Assembly: GCA_009844425.1 (NCBI GenBank)
Contig: VYBN01000033.1
Span: forward strand, 72,550-136,549
Direction: 5' to 3'
From: Gammaproteobacteria bacterium
Lineage (GTDB): Bacteria > Pseudomonadota > Gammaproteobacteria > Steroidobacterales > Foliamicaceae
DNA length: 64,000 nt
Shown here: positions 51,752 through 62,641 of the stretch, piece by piece
Layout of the letters: every line of letters starts with the position of its first letter
Position numbering within the stretch: the stretch's first letter is position 1
Notes under the pieces: model-generated
Seen by the model: the letters and a program-made list of their open reading frames with translations, nothing else
Database searches by the model: none
Told to the model about the DNA's origin: nothing
Made by a program: the position numbers and the translations under genes

Positions 51752-53287
51752 GTGTTTGGCAGCAAGGAAATACTGGAAGCCGTGGAGCTTCTGTCCAACG
51801 AGAAGGCCATCGGCAAGGACGTGGTCTTTTCCGCCGTGGAAGCGGGCCTGGCGGCCGCAAGGCGGCGGCTGCTCGCCGAGGACGTCGAGATCCGGGTGGC
51901 CATCGACCGGCATACCGGCGAGCAGGAGTACTTCCGGCAATGGGAGGTCATGGAGGACGAGGCCGAGGAAATCGAGGCGCCCACCCGCCAGTTGCGCCTC
52001 GCCGAGGCCCGCCAGATCGATCCCGGGGCGGAACCCGGCGGTGTCGTGGAGAAGCCCATGGACGGCATGGACCTGGGCCATATCGGCGCCTATACGGCCA
52101 AGCACGTCATCAACCAGAAGGTGCGCGAAGCCGAGCGCGCGCTGATCCGGGAACGCTATCAGGGCCGGATCGGCGAATTGCTGAGCGGCGTGGTCAAGCG
52201 CGTGGACCGAAACGGCGTTTACGTGGACCTGGGCGGCGGCGTCGAAGGCTTTGTGCCGCGCGAGCACATGATTCCGAGAGAGCCGATTCGCCCCCAGGAC
52301 CGCGTCAAGGGCCTGCTCTACGAGGTGGCCACCGAAACCCGTGGACCGCAGTTGAAGCTCACCCGCACCAGCCCGGAATTCCTGATGGCCCTATTCAGGG
52401 TGGAGGTTCCGGAAGTCGGGCAGGACCTGATCGAGATACTGGGCGCGGCCCGCGATCCGGGCGCGCGGGCCAAGATCGCCGTGCGTTCCAGGGAGCCCAG
52501 GATCGACCCGGTTGGGGCCTGCGTGGGCATGCGCGGATCGCGTGTGCAGGCCGTCACCAACGAGATTGCGGGCGAGCGGGTGGACATCATCCTGTGGGAC
52601 GAGAACCCGGCGCAGTTCGTGGTCAACGCGATGTCGCCGGCCGACGTCGTGCAGATCATGGTGGATGAGGACCACCGCCGCATGGACATCGCCGTTTCCG
52701 AATCCATGGTTTCCCAGGCGATCGGCCGCGGCGGACAGAACATACGCCTGGCCAGCCGCCTGACCGGCTGGGAGCTGAACGCCATGACGCCCACCGAGAT
52801 CGAGTCGAAGATCGAAGGGGAGAACCGCCAGCTTATCGAAATGTTCCGCGAGCAGCTGTCGGTGGGCGAAGACGTCGCCCAGGTGCTGGTGGACGAGGGA
52901 ATCACCGACCTCGAGGGCATTGCCTATTCTCCGGTCGCCGAGCTTTATGCGATCGAGGAATTCGACGAGCAGCTGGTGGACCAGTTGCGGGGGCGCGCGC
53001 GCGATGTGCTGCTGATGGACGCCCTGAGCCGCGAAGAGGAAATGGAGCAGGCCGCCCCGGCCGACGATCTGTTTGAAGTGGAAGGCATGACCCGCGCGCT
53101 GGCTTACTCGCTGGCCGGCCAGGGCGTATCCACCCGCGAGGACCTGGCCTGGGAGGAAGCCGACTACCTGGCCGAGCATATCGAAGACCTGACTGAAGAG
53201 CTTGCCGGTCAGCTGATCATGGCGGCGCGGGCGCCGTGGTTTGCCGAGGAGGAGCAGCAGGAGGAGGCGCAGGCGGAAAATGACTGA
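51752..53287 (+). CDS. nusA: Transcription termination/antitermination factor NusA
   Basis: SKEIL..VE.LSNEK, S1 and KH domains, ARDPGARAKIAV, DPVGACVGMRGSRV, AIGRGGQNIRLA, LIMAARAPWF. Confidence 0.96.
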   Translation: MFGSKEILEAVELLSNEKAIGKDVVFSAVEAGLAAARRRLLAEDVEIRVAIDRHTGEQEYFRQWEVMEDEAEEIEAPTRQLRLAEARQIDPGAEPGGVVEKPMDGMDLGHIGAYTAKHVINQKVREAERALIRERYQGRIGELLSGVVKRVDRNGVYVDLGGGVEGFVPREHMIPREPIRPQDRVKGLLYEVATETRGPQLKLTRTSPEFLMALFRVEVPEVGQDLIEILGAARDPGARAKIAVRSREPRIDPVGACVGMRGSRVQAVTNEIAGERVDIILWDENPAQFVVNAMSPADVVQIMVDEDHRRMDIAVSESMVSQAIGRGGQNIRLASRLTGWELNAMTPTEIESKIEGENRQLIEMFREQLSVGEDVAQVLVDEGITDLEGIAYSPVAELYAIEEFDEQLVDQLRGRARDVLLMDALSREEEMEQAAPADDLFEVEGMTRALAYSLAGQGVSTREDLAWEEADYLAEHIEDLTEELAGQLIMAARAPWFAEEEQQEEAQAEND

Positions 53288-55841
53288 CCTGACTGTCGCC
53301 AAACTTGCCGAGAATCTCAAGGTGCCGGTGGAGCACCTGATGGACCAGCTCGAGCGCGCCGGGCACAGCTTCGAGGACGCCAGCCAGACCGTGCCGGACG
53401 TGGCCCGCGAAGAGTTGCTGGCCTTTCTGCGCAGCCGTCACGGGCACGGCGAGTCCGTGTCCAGGGACTCCGCGATGCCGCGGGAAATCAGCATTACCCG
53501 CCGAGAATCGGTGGAGGTGGTGCAGGTTGACCAGGGGCGCCGCCGGGCCGTCCAGGTCGATTTTCGGCGCAAGCGGAAATTCGTGAATCGCGCGGCGCTG
53601 GAGCGCGAAGCCCTCGCGCGGCGCCAGGAGGAGGAAGCGCGCAGGCTGGAACAGGAAAGCCAGGCCGCGAAGGAAGCTGAAGAGAAGGAAAGGCAGCTCG
53701 CCGAGGAGGAGGCGCGCAAGGAGAAGGAGGAGGCCGAACGCGAGGAGGCGTTGAAGGCACAGGCCGAGGAAGACGCCAAGAAGCAGGCCGAGGAAGAGGC
53801 CGAGATCGAGAAGGCGCAGGAACAGGCTCGCCTGGAGCGCGAGCAGGCGGAGCGGCAGGCGGAGGAGCAGCGCAGGGCGGAGGCGGCCCAGGCGGCCCGG
53901 GCCCGCGAAGATACCGCACGCAAGCCCGCGAGGGCCCCGAAGGCTGCGCGATCGCGGAAAGCGCCGCCGAGGGAGGAACTGCACGTGGCCGCCAACGTGC
54001 GCCCGCGCCGCACCCGGCGCCGCAAGGCGCGCCGGCACGCGACGGCCAAGGTGGAGAACGTCAACGCCTTCGTGCGGCCCGCCACGCCGATCGTGCATAC
54101 GGTGGAAGTGCCTGAGTCCATTACCGTCTCGGAGCTGGCGCGCCAGATGGCGGTCGGCGCGGAGAAGGTCATCGCCAAACTCATGCAGGAAGGCGTGATG
54201 GCGGGCATCAACGACACCCTGGACCAGACGACCGCGATGATCATCGTCGAGTCCATGGGCCACGAGGTCGTCGCCCAGGCCGAAGCCAACGAAGAGGCGG
54301 TCCTGCTCGAGCGGGCAGTGACGGTTTCAGGCGAGGAGGAGCCGCGCGACCCGGTCGTGACCATCATGGGCCACGTCGATCATGGCAAGACTTCGCTGCT
54401 GGATTACATGCGCAGCAGCAGCGTTGCCGCCTCGGAAGCGGGCGGCATCACCCAGCACATCGGCGCTTACCGGGTGCGGACGGGCGACGGCGCGATCACC
54501 TTCCTGGACACGCCCGGCCATGCGGCCTTTACCGCCATGCGCGCGCGGGGCGCCAGCCTGACCGACATCGTTATCCTGGTCATCGCCGCCGACGACGGCG
54601 TAAAGCCGCAGACCGAGGAGGCGATCAAACACGCACAGGCGGCCGAAGTGCCCATTGTGGTTGCGATCAACAAGATCGACCTGGAAGACGCCGCCCCCAC
54701 CCAGGTGCGCAACCAGCTCAACGTGCTGGGCCTGGCGCCGGAGGAGTACGGCGGCGATACGCAGGTCGCCGAGATTTCGGCCGTCACCGGCGAAGGCATC
54801 GACGATCTGCTGGAGAAAGTCCTGCTGCAGGCGGACTTGCTGGAGCTCAAGGCGAAGCGCAAGGGCGGCGCCCGCGGCGTGGTGATCGAATCGACCATCG
54901 AGACCGGCCGTGGGCCGGTGACGACGCTGCTGGTGACGGAGGGCCGTCTGCGCAAGGGCAACATTCTGCTGGCCGGTGCGGAGTTCGGGCGGGTCCAGTC
55001 CCTGCGCAACGAAAGCGGCAAGCAGATCGACCATGCCACGCCTTCCGTGCCGGTCGTCGTGCAGGGTCTCTCCGGCGCCCCGGAAGCGGGCCAGGACGCG
55101 GTCGTGTTCCCGGCGGAACGCTATGCAAGGGAATTGGCCGAATGGCGCGGGCGCGCCGCCCGCGAGCGGCAGCTTGCGCAGCGCAAGGGTCAGCCGGCTT
55201 TCTCCGGCGCATTCCCCGGCGAGGAAGAGACCCAGACTGTGCGGCTGCTGGTGAAAGCCGACGTGCGCGGCAGCGTCGAGGCGCTTTGCGACGCGCTGGC
55301 GCGCCTGAGCCGCGACGAAGTGGAGGTGGATCTCGTGTCATCCGGGGTCGGCGGCATCACCGAGTCCGACATCAACCTGGCGGCCACGTCGGAGGCTTCC
55401 GTGATCGGCTTCAACGTAAGGCTGGATCCGGGCGGACAGCAGGCGCGCAAGGCCACCGGCGTGGAGGTGCGCTACTACAGCGTGATCTACGAAGTCCTCG
55501 ACGACGTGCAGGAGGTCATCAAGGGCCGCCTGGCGCCGGTGCTGCGCGAGTCCATCGTGGGCAACGCCGAAGTCCGCGAGGTGTTCCATTCGCCGAAATT
55601 CGGCGACATTGCGGGCTGTCTGGTTACCGACGGCCTGGTCAAGCGCAACAATCCCATACGCGTCCTTCGGGATGCCGTGGTGATTTTCGAGGGCGAACTC
55701 GAATCCCTGCGGCGGTTCAAGGACGATGTCGAACAGGTGCGGGCGGGAACCGAGTGCGGTATCGGCGTGCGCAACTACAAGGACGTGCGCGCAGGGGACA
55801 TCATCGAGTGCTTCGAGAGCGTGGAGGAGGCCAGGACCTGA
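53280..55841 (+). CDS. infB: Translation initiation factor IF-2
   Basis: PVVTIMGHVDHGKTSLLD, EAGGITQHIGAY, DTPGHAAF, NKID, LKRFKD-like LRRFKDDV, ECGI. Confidence 0.98.
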   Translation: MTDLTVAKLAENLKVPVEHLMDQLERAGHSFEDASQTVPDVAREELLAFLRSRHGHGESVSRDSAMPREISITRRESVEVVQVDQGRRRAVQVDFRRKRKFVNRAALEREALARRQEEEARRLEQESQAAKEAEEKERQLAEEEARKEKEEAEREEALKAQAEEDAKKQAEEEAEIEKAQEQARLEREQAERQAEEQRRAEAAQAARAREDTARKPARAPKAARSRKAPPREELHVAANVRPRRTRRRKARRHATAKVENVNAFVRPATPIVHTVEVPESITVSELARQMAVGAEKVIAKLMQEGVMAGINDTLDQTTAMIIVESMGHEVVAQAEANEEAVLLERAVTVSGEEEPRDPVVTIMGHVDHGKTSLLDYMRSSSVAASEAGGITQHIGAYRVRTGDGAITFLDTPGHAAFTAMRARGASLTDIVILVIAADDGVKPQTEEAIKHAQAAEVPIVVAINKIDLEDAAPTQVRNQLNVLGLAPEEYGGDTQVAEISAVTGEGIDDLLEKVLLQADLLELKAKRKGGARGVVIESTIETGRGPVTTLLVTEGRLRKGNILLAGAEFGRVQSLRNESGKQIDHATPSVPVVVQGLSGAPEAGQDAVVFPAERYARELAEWRGRAARERQLAQRKGQPAFSGAFPGEEETQTVRLLVKADVRGSVEALCDALARLSRDEVEVDLVSSGVGGITESDINLAATSEASVIGFNVRLDPGGQQARKATGVEVRYYSVIYEVLDDVQEVIKGRLAPVLRESIVGNAEVREVFHSPKFGDIAGCLVTDGLVKRNNPIRVLRDAVVIFEGELESLRRFKDDVEQVRAGTECGIGVRNYKDVRAGDIIECFESVEEART

Positions 55842-55876
55842 CCGGTCCCCCCCGGGCGCAGCAGCCGCTGACGGAC

Positions 55877-56239
55877 GTGCCCCGCGAATTTACACGCGCG
55901 CAAAGGCTTTCCGCGCGGGCCCTGCGCGTTTTCGCCACGATGACCTACTCCGAACTGCGCGACCCGCGGCTGAGCGGCGTCCAGTTCACGCACGTGGCGT
56001 TTTCGCCGGACCTGAGCGTTTGCCGCGTCTGGTACCTGCCCGGGTCCGCCGACGGGGAAACGGCTGCGGCTTCCCTGAAGGCCGCAAGCGGCTACATGCG
56101 CAAGCGCCTCGGGGAGTCCTTTCGCCTTCGCCGGCAGCCGGAACTGCGGTTCGTGCTCGACGAAAGCGTCGCCAGGGGCGAGGCGCTGGAGGGTCTGATC
56201 GAGGATGCCGTTCGCAGGGACCGGGCGGCCCGAAAGTGA
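55877..56239 (+). CDS. rbfA: Ribosome-binding factor A
   Basis: MPREFTRAQR, ELRDPRL, SPDLS, LKAASGYMR, LRRQPELRFVLDES. Confidence 0.92.
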   Translation: MPREFTRAQRLSARALRVFATMTYSELRDPRLSGVQFTHVAFSPDLSVCRVWYLPGSADGETAAASLKAASGYMRKRLGESFRLRRQPELRFVLDESVARGEALEGLIEDAVRRDRAARK

Positions 56240-57177
56240 CGCCGGCCGGCCGCGGGAAGCGTGATGTAAGCGGGCTGCTGTTGCTCGACAAGCCGCCCGG
56301 AATGACATCCAACGCGGCCTTGCAGCGGGTCAAGCGCCTTTGCGCCGCCCGCAAGGCGGGGCACACGGGCAGCCTCGATCCGATCGCCACCGGAATGTTG
56401 CCGCTGTGCCTGGGCGAGGCCACGAAGTTGTCCGCATTCCTCCTCAAGGCGGAAAAGACCTACCGCGTCACAGCCCGGTTCGGGACCAGGACCGACACCG
56501 GAGACGCCGCCGGAAAGGCCGTTGCCGAAACTGCGCAACGGCCGCGAGACCGTTCGCAACTCGAAGCCGTCCTGAGCCGGTTCGTCGGCGAAACCGAACA
56601 GGTTCCGCCCATGTATTCGGCGCTCAAGCACAAGGGCAGGCGGCTTTACGAGCTGGCGCGCGCCGGACAGACCGTGGAACGCGCGCCCCGGCGCATCCGC
56701 ATTCGCCTGTTCGAACTGGAGGAATATTCGCCGGTGGAGGCCGTGTTCCTGGTGGCCTGCGGAGGAGGGGTGTATGTCCGCACCCTGATTGAAGACGTTG
56801 CCGAGGCGGCCGGCTCGCTGGCCCACGTGAGCGCGCTGAGGAGGCTGGGCGTGGCGCCGTTCGAAGAATCGGGCATGGTGACCATGGACCGGGTCGAGGC
56901 CGTTGCGGCAGAGGGCTTTTCCGGGCTGGATGCGCTGCTCCTGCCGGCCGATGCCGCCGTTCCGTCTTTGCCCGCCGTACGGCTTTCCGCGAGCGAGAGT
57001 TTCCATCTGCAGCGGGGCAACCCCGTAGCCGCGGCCCGCGGGACGCGTCCGGGGCCGGTACGCCTGTACGCGGACGCTCAGGGCTTCATCGGCATCGGGG
57101 AAGCCACAATCGACGGACAGGTGGCTCCGCGCCGCCTTCTGAAACCCCAGGCGGAACATCTCCCCGGGAGCGAATAG
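56236..57177 (+). CDS. truB: tRNA pseudouridine(55) synthase
   Basis: [41 protein letters not shown]. Confidence 0.96.
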   Translation: MTPAGRGKRDVSGLLLLDKPPGMTSNAALQRVKRLCAARKAGHTGSLDPIATGMLPLCLGEATKLSAFLLKAEKTYRVTARFGTRTDTGDAAGKAVAETAQRPRDRSQLEAVLSRFVGETEQVPPMYSALKHKGRRLYELARAGQTVERAPRRIRIRLFELEEYSPVEAVFLVACGGGVYVRTLIEDVAEAAGSLAHVSALRRLGVAPFEESGMVTMDRVEAVAAEGFSGLDALLLPADAAVPSLPAVRLSASESFHLQRGNPVAAARGTRPGPVRLYADAQGFIGIGEATIDGQVAPRRLLKPQAEHLPGSE

Positions 57178-57241
57178 GACGTTTCTTGCACGCGAACCGG
57201 AGTACAATACGCCGCTTGACCAAGGGCTGAAGAATACAGGC

Positions 57242-57511
57242 ATGCCACTTACGACAAGTGAGATCAGCGCGACCGTGCAGGAATATCAGCGCGGTTCGGC
57301 GGACACAGGGTCCCCCGAAGTGCAGGTTGCGCTGCTGTCGGCGCGCATCAATGCGTTGTCCGGCCATTTCCGGGCGCACAAGCAGGATCATCATTCGCGC
57401 AGCGGCCTGCTGCGCATGGTCAATCGCCGCCGCCGGCTACTCAAGTATCTGCGGAACAAGGATCAGGAGCGTTATGCCAAGCTGATTTCCCGCCTCGGCC
57501 TGCGACGCTGA
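57242..57511 (+). CDS. rpsO: 30S ribosomal protein S15
   Basis: [36 protein letters not shown]. Confidence 0.98.
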   Translation: MPLTTSEISATVQEYQRGSADTGSPEVQVALLSARINALSGHFRAHKQDHHSRSGLLRMVNRRRRLLKYLRNKDQERYAKLISRLGLRR

Positions 57512-57606
57512 GCGACCGGGGAATGTTTGCCCGAACCACTCCGCCCATGGAGTAAGGATGGCGTGCGCACAAGGGGCGCGTCGAAACCATTGCAAGAGAG
57601 GAAGCA

Positions 57607-60036
57607 GTGTCAATCGTAACGAAAGAATTCCAGTACGGCAGCCACACGGTAACGCTGGAAACAGGAAAAATCGCGCGCCAGGCCGATGGCGCCGTCGTGG
57701 TGAGCATGTCGGAAACCGTCGTGCTCGTAACCGTTGTAGGCGCCAGGGAGGCCGATCCCAGCCGGGACTTTCTGCCTCTGACGGTGAACTACCAGGAAAA
57801 GACCTACTCCGCGGGCCGGATTCCCGGCAGTTTCTTCCGCCGCGAAGGACGGCCGACGGAAAAGGAAACCCTGACCTGCCGGCTAATCGACCGGCCCCTG
57901 AGGCCCATGTTCCCCAAGGGCTTTCATCACGATGTCCAGGTTATCGCCACGGTGCTGTCCACCAACCAGGAAGTCGATCCGGACATCCCCTCCATGCTGG
58001 GCGCGTTCGCGGCCATGGCCCTGTCGGGCCTGCCCTGCGCCGGGCCTATCGGAGCGGCCAGGGTGGGATGGGTTGACGAAGAATTCGTCGTCAATCCCAC
58101 CGCCACCGAACTGGAGACCTCGAGGCTCAACCTCGTGGTGGCCGGCACCGAGAACGCCGTGCTGATGGTGGAATCGGAAGCGGACCTGCTGCCGGAGGAA
58201 ATCATGCTGAATGCCGTGCTGTTCGGGCACGAGCAGATGCAGGCGGCGATCCGGGCGATCGGGGAGTTCGCTGCCGAGGCCGGCAAACCCGCCTGGGACT
58301 GGCAGCCGAAGGCGGAGAACGAGGAACTCGCCGCGAAGGTGGACCGCATCGCCGGGAAGGATCTTTCCGCGGCGTACACGGTCACGGAGAAGACCGAGCG
58401 CAATGAGAGTCTTCGCGAAGTCCGTGCGCGGGTCACCGAGGAACTGGCCGCGGAGGACGCAGCTTCATCGGAGTTGCGGGAGATTTCGGCCGCGCTCAAG
58501 GGCCTTGAGAAAGACATCGTGCGCAAGCGGGTGCTTTCGGGCGAGCCGCGTATCGACGGCCGCGACAATTTCACGGTTCGCGGTCTGGGCATCGAGGTGG
58601 GCGTACTGCCCCGAACCCACGGTTCGGCATTGTTCACCCGTGGCGAAACGCAGGCCCTGGTGACCGCAACGCTGGGCACCGACCGCGACGCGCAGATCGT
58701 CGAGGGCCTCGAGGGGACCGGCCGCGACCGGTTCATGCTGCACTACAACTTCCCGCCGTACTCGGTGGGAGAAACGGGCTTCATGACCGGCCCCAAGCGG
58801 CGCGAAATCGGCCACGGGCGGCTGGCCCGGCGCGGCATAGCGGCGGTGCTGCCCAACATGGAGGAGTTTCCGTACGTGCTCCGCGTGGTCTCGGAGATCA
58901 CCGAGTCGAACGGCTCCAGTTCCATGGCCAGCGTGTGCGGTTCAAGCCTCGCGCTGATGGACGCCGGCGTGAAATTGAAGGCCCCGGTTGCGGGCATTGC
59001 GATGGGCCTGGTGAAGGACGGCGACGATTACGCGGTCCTGACGGACATTCTGGGCGACGAGGACCACCTGGGCGACATGGACTTCAAGGTGGCCGGCGCC
59101 GAGGAAGGCATAAGCGCGCTGCAGATGGACATCAAGATCGACGGGATCACGAGGGACATCATGGCCGAAGCCCTGGAACAGGCACGCACGGCGCGTCTGC
59201 ACATACTGTCCGAGATGAACAAGGTGATCGCCACGTCCAGGGAGGAGATTTCCGACTGGGCGCCGTCCATCTTCACGATGCAGATCGACCGGGAGAAGAT
59301 AGGCGACGTGATCGGCAAGGGCGGCGCCGTTATCCGCTCGATTACCGAGGAGACCGGGGCGGAAATCAATATCGAGGACGACGGCACGGTGAAGATCGCC
59401 TCGGTCGATGGCGAGTCCGGCAGGGAAGCGCGCCGGCGGGTCGAAATGATCGTTTCCGACGTCGAGGTCGGCCAGATCTATGACGGCAAGGTGGCGCGGC
59501 TGATGGACTTCGGCGCATTCGTCACGATCGTTCCGGGCAAGGACGGCCTGGTGCACATTTCGCAGATTTCGGACGAACGCGTGGACCGTGTCAGCGACCG
59601 TCTTTCCGAGGGCGACGCGGTGCGGGTGAAGGTGCTGGAAGTGGACCGCCAGGGCCGGATACGCCTGAGCATGCGCAACCTGGACGGAGAGTCCGACGAC
59701 ACGGCCTCGTCGCCACCTCCGCGCAGCCGGGTCCAGGAGATCGAGGTCGGCAAGGTTTACGAGGGTACCGTGTCCAGTGTGATGGACTACGGCGCCTTCG
59801 TTACGGTGCTGCCGGGCACCGACGGTCTGGTGCATATATCCCAGATGTCCGACCGGCGCATCGAGCGCACCAGCGACGTGGTGAAGGTGGGTGACAGCGT
59901 AAGCGTGCGGGTCATGGAAGTGGACGGACGCGGGCGCATCCGCCTGACCATGCGCGGCCTCCAAGAGGGAGGCGCCGCCGCCGGCGATGGCGCCGGCCGC
60001 CGCCGCCCACGCCGCCGCCGCCGCGCCCAGGGCTGA
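57607..60036 (+). CDS. pnp: Polyribonucleotide nucleotidyltransferase (PNPase) with duplicated S1 domain
   Basis: [55 protein letters not shown] domain, two S1 repeats. Confidence 0.97.
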   Translation: MSIVTKEFQYGSHTVTLETGKIARQADGAVVVSMSETVVLVTVVGAREADPSRDFLPLTVNYQEKTYSAGRIPGSFFRREGRPTEKETLTCRLIDRPLRPMFPKGFHHDVQVIATVLSTNQEVDPDIPSMLGAFAAMALSGLPCAGPIGAARVGWVDEEFVVNPTATELETSRLNLVVAGTENAVLMVESEADLLPEEIMLNAVLFGHEQMQAAIRAIGEFAAEAGKPAWDWQPKAENEELAAKVDRIAGKDLSAAYTVTEKTERNESLREVRARVTEELAAEDAASSELREISAALKGLEKDIVRKRVLSGEPRIDGRDNFTVRGLGIEVGVLPRTHGSALFTRGETQALVTATLGTDRDAQIVEGLEGTGRDRFMLHYNFPPYSVGETGFMTGPKRREIGHGRLARRGIAAVLPNMEEFPYVLRVVSEITESNGSSSMASVCGSSLALMDAGVKLKAPVAGIAMGLVKDGDDYAVLTDILGDEDHLGDMDFKVAGAEEGISALQMDIKIDGITRDIMAEALEQARTARLHILSEMNKVIATSREEISDWAPSIFTMQIDREKIGDVIGKGGAVIRSITEETGAEINIEDDGTVKIASVDGESGREARRRVEMIVSDVEVGQIYDGKVARLMDFGAFVTIVPGKDGLVHISQISDERVDRVSDRLSEGDAVRVKVLEVDRQGRIRLSMRNLDGESDDTASSPPPRSRVQEIEVGKVYEGTVSSVMDYGAFVTVLPGTDGLVHISQMSDRRIERTSDVVKVGDSVSVRVMEVDGRGRIRLTMRGLQEGGAAAGDGAGRRRPRRRRRAQG

Positions 60037-60078
60037 CCCTCTCGCAAGCCGCCTCCGCACCGCCAGTGCGGGCGCGTT

Positions 60079-61677
60079 TCAGAACCGCGATGCGGTGATC
60101 CAGGTGTCGGACCGGGTCCAGGCGCGCTCGAAATCCTGCTGAACGGCAGTGTCCGGTTTGCCCTGCGCGGCTAGCGCTTCGCGCAGTCCGAACAGTGACC
60201 AGCCGTTGCGGGGATGGTCCGCCACCTCGTCGCGGTACACGCGCTCCGCATCGGCATGGCGGCCGGCCTCGAGCAGCGCCGCGCCCAGCCAGTGGCGCGC
60301 TGCAAACGGCAACGGCTCCGGCTCGCTGAAGCCGAGTTCGCCTTCGCGTTCGATGGCGCGCTCGAATGCCTCGATGGCCGCGTCCAGGTCGCCGTCTTTC
60401 CGCCGAATCTCGCCGGCCAGGATTTCCGCCAGCACGCCAAGCACCACCGACGCAGGCTGGAAGCGAACCCTGGCGTGGGTGGATTCGGCAAGCTCCAGGA
60501 GCCGCGCAAGGTGCGCGCGCCCGCTATTCGGCTCGCCGAGCCTGACGCTGGCGTAACCCTGCGCGAACTCCCACGCCCCGGCGGCGTAGTCGTCCTTCGG
60601 ACGGACGCCCGCTTCCGGGATCTCATCGAAACGGCCGAACCGCACGAGCGTCAACAGTTGCAGGGACCTGTCGCCCGTCAGCTTTTCGTAGTCCTTCGCG
60701 GCGCGCATCGCGACAGCGCCCTGACCGTCGTAAGAGGCCGCGAATGACAGCATGTGCAGGTTGTGCGTGGGGTAGCTCGATACTGCCCGGGACGTTTTCG
60801 CCTTGAGGTCCGTGTGCCAGGCCTGGATGCTGGCGCGAACGGCGTCGCCCCAGCGCCCCACCAGGCTGAAGGTGTGCGACGGCATGTGGTTGATGTGGCT
60901 CGCTCCGGGAACCGAATTGCCGAGGAGCTCGGCGCAGGGTTCCGCAAGTTCCGGACGCGTCGTCGATTCGGTGGCGTGAATGTAGAGGTGGCAGGCGCCC
61001 GGATGACGGAGGTCGCGCGCCAGCACGCTTTCGAGTACGGCGTGAATCCGCTTCACGTCCGGATCTTCGAGATCGCGGTAGCCGAATCTGGGCTCGAGCA
61101 GAAACAGCGCCTCGGCGTACAGCGTCGCCGCATCGGGATCGTCCGGATACTGCTCGGCCAGGGCCCGCGCCGCATCGGCGTAGGCCCGATCCTGGACGCG
61201 GCGGGTCTCGTAATCGTAATCGGCCACATAGCGGACCGAAAGCGCATCGATGTAGGCCTGCTCGCGCGGGCTGGCCGTGCCGCGCAGCTCGCGGGCCCTG
61301 CCGATTGCCGCATACGCATACGGTGCTTCGCGCTCCCGCATGTGAAAGTTCAGATACGAACCCCAGGCCCATGCTTCGCCCCAATAGCAGATCGCACAGC
61401 CGGGGTCGGCCTTCTGCGCCTCGCGAAACGAGCGCACGGCTTCGTACTTCGCGAATGCGTACATGAACTGAAAGCCCTGATCAAAGAAGGCCTGCGCCCG
61501 GGGATTGTCCGACGATATCCGGTGCGAAAAGGGGCCGAGCGCCTCGGGCATGTAGGGAATCGGCTCCGCAAGTATTGCGTCCGGGTCGCCGGTCCATGGC
61601 TGTTGCGCCGATGCCGCCAGGGACACGAGCATCGCAAGCGCGGCCGCCGGCGCGGTCAGGCCCCGCCAATACGCCAA
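60079..61677 (-). CDS. Exported tetratricopeptide-repeat protein of unknown function; start uncertain
   Basis: Signal-like AAALAMLVSLAASA; AQAFFDQG, CAICYWGEAWA.G, HPGACHLYIH, HINHMPSH, PRNGWSLFGL; helical repeats. Confidence 0.72.
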   Translation of the reverse strand: MAYWRGLTAPAAALAMLVSLAASAQQPWTGDPDAILAEPIPYMPEALGPFSHRISSDNPRAQAFFDQGFQFMYAFAKYEAVRSFREAQKADPGCAICYWGEAWAWGSYLNFHMREREAPYAYAAIGRARELRGTASPREQAYIDALSVRYVADYDYETRRVQDRAYADAARALAEQYPDDPDAATLYAEALFLLEPRFGYRDLEDPDVKRIHAVLESVLARDLRHPGACHLYIHATESTTRPELAEPCAELLGNSVPGASHINHMPSHTFSLVGRWGDAVRASIQAWHTDLKAKTSRAVSSYPTHNLHMLSFAASYDGQGAVAMRAAKDYEKLTGDRSLQLLTLVRFGRFDEIPEAGVRPKDDYAAGAWEFAQGYASVRLGEPNSGRAHLARLLELAESTHARVRFQPASVVLGVLAEILAGEIRRKDGDLDAAIEAFERAIEREGELGFSEPEPLPFAARHWLGAALLEAGRHADAERVYRDEVADHPRNGWSLFGLREALAAQGKPDTAVQQDFERAWTRSDTWITASRF

Positions 61678-61735
61678 TCTCCTGATTGATGCCCCCGGGA
61701 GCGCTTTGCGCCGCGCTAGCGCCTGAGTCGCGCGA

Positions 61736-62170
61736 TCACCGGGTGGTGCGGTCGCGGTACTGCCGCTCGGCCATTTCGCGGTGCTGCTGGGCCTCCACCG
61801 ACAGCGTCGCCACCGGGCGGGCCTGCAGTCGCTCCAGGCCGATTTCCTCGCCGGTTTCCTCGCAATAGCCGTAGCTGCCGTCGTTGATCCGCTCCAGGGC
61901 CGCATTGATTTTCTTGAGCAGCTTGCGCTCCCGGTCGCGCGTCCTGAGCTCCAGGCCGAATTCCGATTCCTGCGTCGCGCGGTCGCTGGGGTCGGGGAAA
62001 TTGCTGGCGTCGTCGCGCATGTGATGCACCGTGCGCTCCACCTCGCCCATCAATTCCGCCTTCCAGGAGAGCAGTATCTTGCGGAAGTGTTCCAACTGGG
62101 CGTCATTCATGTACTTCTCACCCTTCTTCGGGCGATAAGGAGCAATGCCGTGTATGAGTTGGTCTTTCAT
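61736..62170 (-). CDS. dksA: RNA polymerase-binding transcription factor DksA (one-cysteine type)
   Basis: PY.PKKGEKYMN..QLEHFR, PDPSDRATQESE (DxxDxA tip), ELRTRDRERKL, GYCEETG. Confidence 0.95.
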   Translation of the reverse strand: MKDQLIHGIAPYRPKKGEKYMNDAQLEHFRKILLSWKAELMGEVERTVHHMRDDASNFPDPSDRATQESEFGLELRTRDRERKLLKKINAALERINDGSYGYCEETGEEIGLERLQARPVATLSVEAQQHREMAERQYRDRTTR

Positions 62171-62198
62171 GGTCTTGCAAGCGCGCGGCATTATAGCG

Positions 62199-62594
62199 TT
62201 ATGCGGTGTCTTCGGCGCGGTTCTCATCAATCGGCGAATCCGGGTCCCAGCCCGGCGAGCGGTGCTCTGCCGTGACCGTGGTGTAGAGTCCGCCCCGGAC
62301 ATTGAATCGGGCGCTGATATGCATGTGGCGCGGCCGGGTCAGCGACACCAGTTCATCGAGGATCTCGTTCGTGACCGCCTCGTGAAACGCGCCGCGGTCG
62401 CGGAACGAGTTCAGATACAGTTTCAGCGACTTCAGTTCCACGCAATGGGCATCCGGCACGTAGTCGATCACCAGCTCCGCGAAGTCCGGCTGGCCGGTCT
62501 TGGGGCACAGGCAGGTGAACTCGGGCGCGCGCACCCTGATGGTATAATTGCGGCCCGTGCGCGGGTTCGGAAAAGTCTCAAGGATGGGGTTCAT
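62199..62594 (-). CDS. queF: NADPH-dependent preQ0 reductase QueF (short unimodular form)
   Basis: [41 protein letters not shown]. Confidence 0.95.
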   Translation of the reverse strand: MNPILETFPNPRTGRNYTIRVRAPEFTCLCPKTGQPDFAELVIDYVPDAHCVELKSLKLYLNSFRDRGAFHEAVTNEILDELVSLTRPRHMHISARFNVRGGLYTTVTAEHRSPGWDPDSPIDENRAEDTA

Positions 62595-62641
62595 GGCAGG
62601 GGAATTTACACCACTCGCCCCGCCATTGAGAACCGCAGTCA

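Noticed and set aside
53620..53910. Repetitive GAG/GCC-rich tract in infB
   Set aside because: Normal charged Glu/Ala/Arg-rich helical linker of IF-2, not a DNA repeat element
15069..60060. Many long antisense or alternate-frame ORFs (e.g. 16210-17610, 17662-19173, 19064-21049, 43067-45031, 49438-51060)
   Set aside because: They overlap well-supported genes, have Arg/Ala/Pro/Gly-rich or mirror-codon composition, and are expected in high-GC DNA
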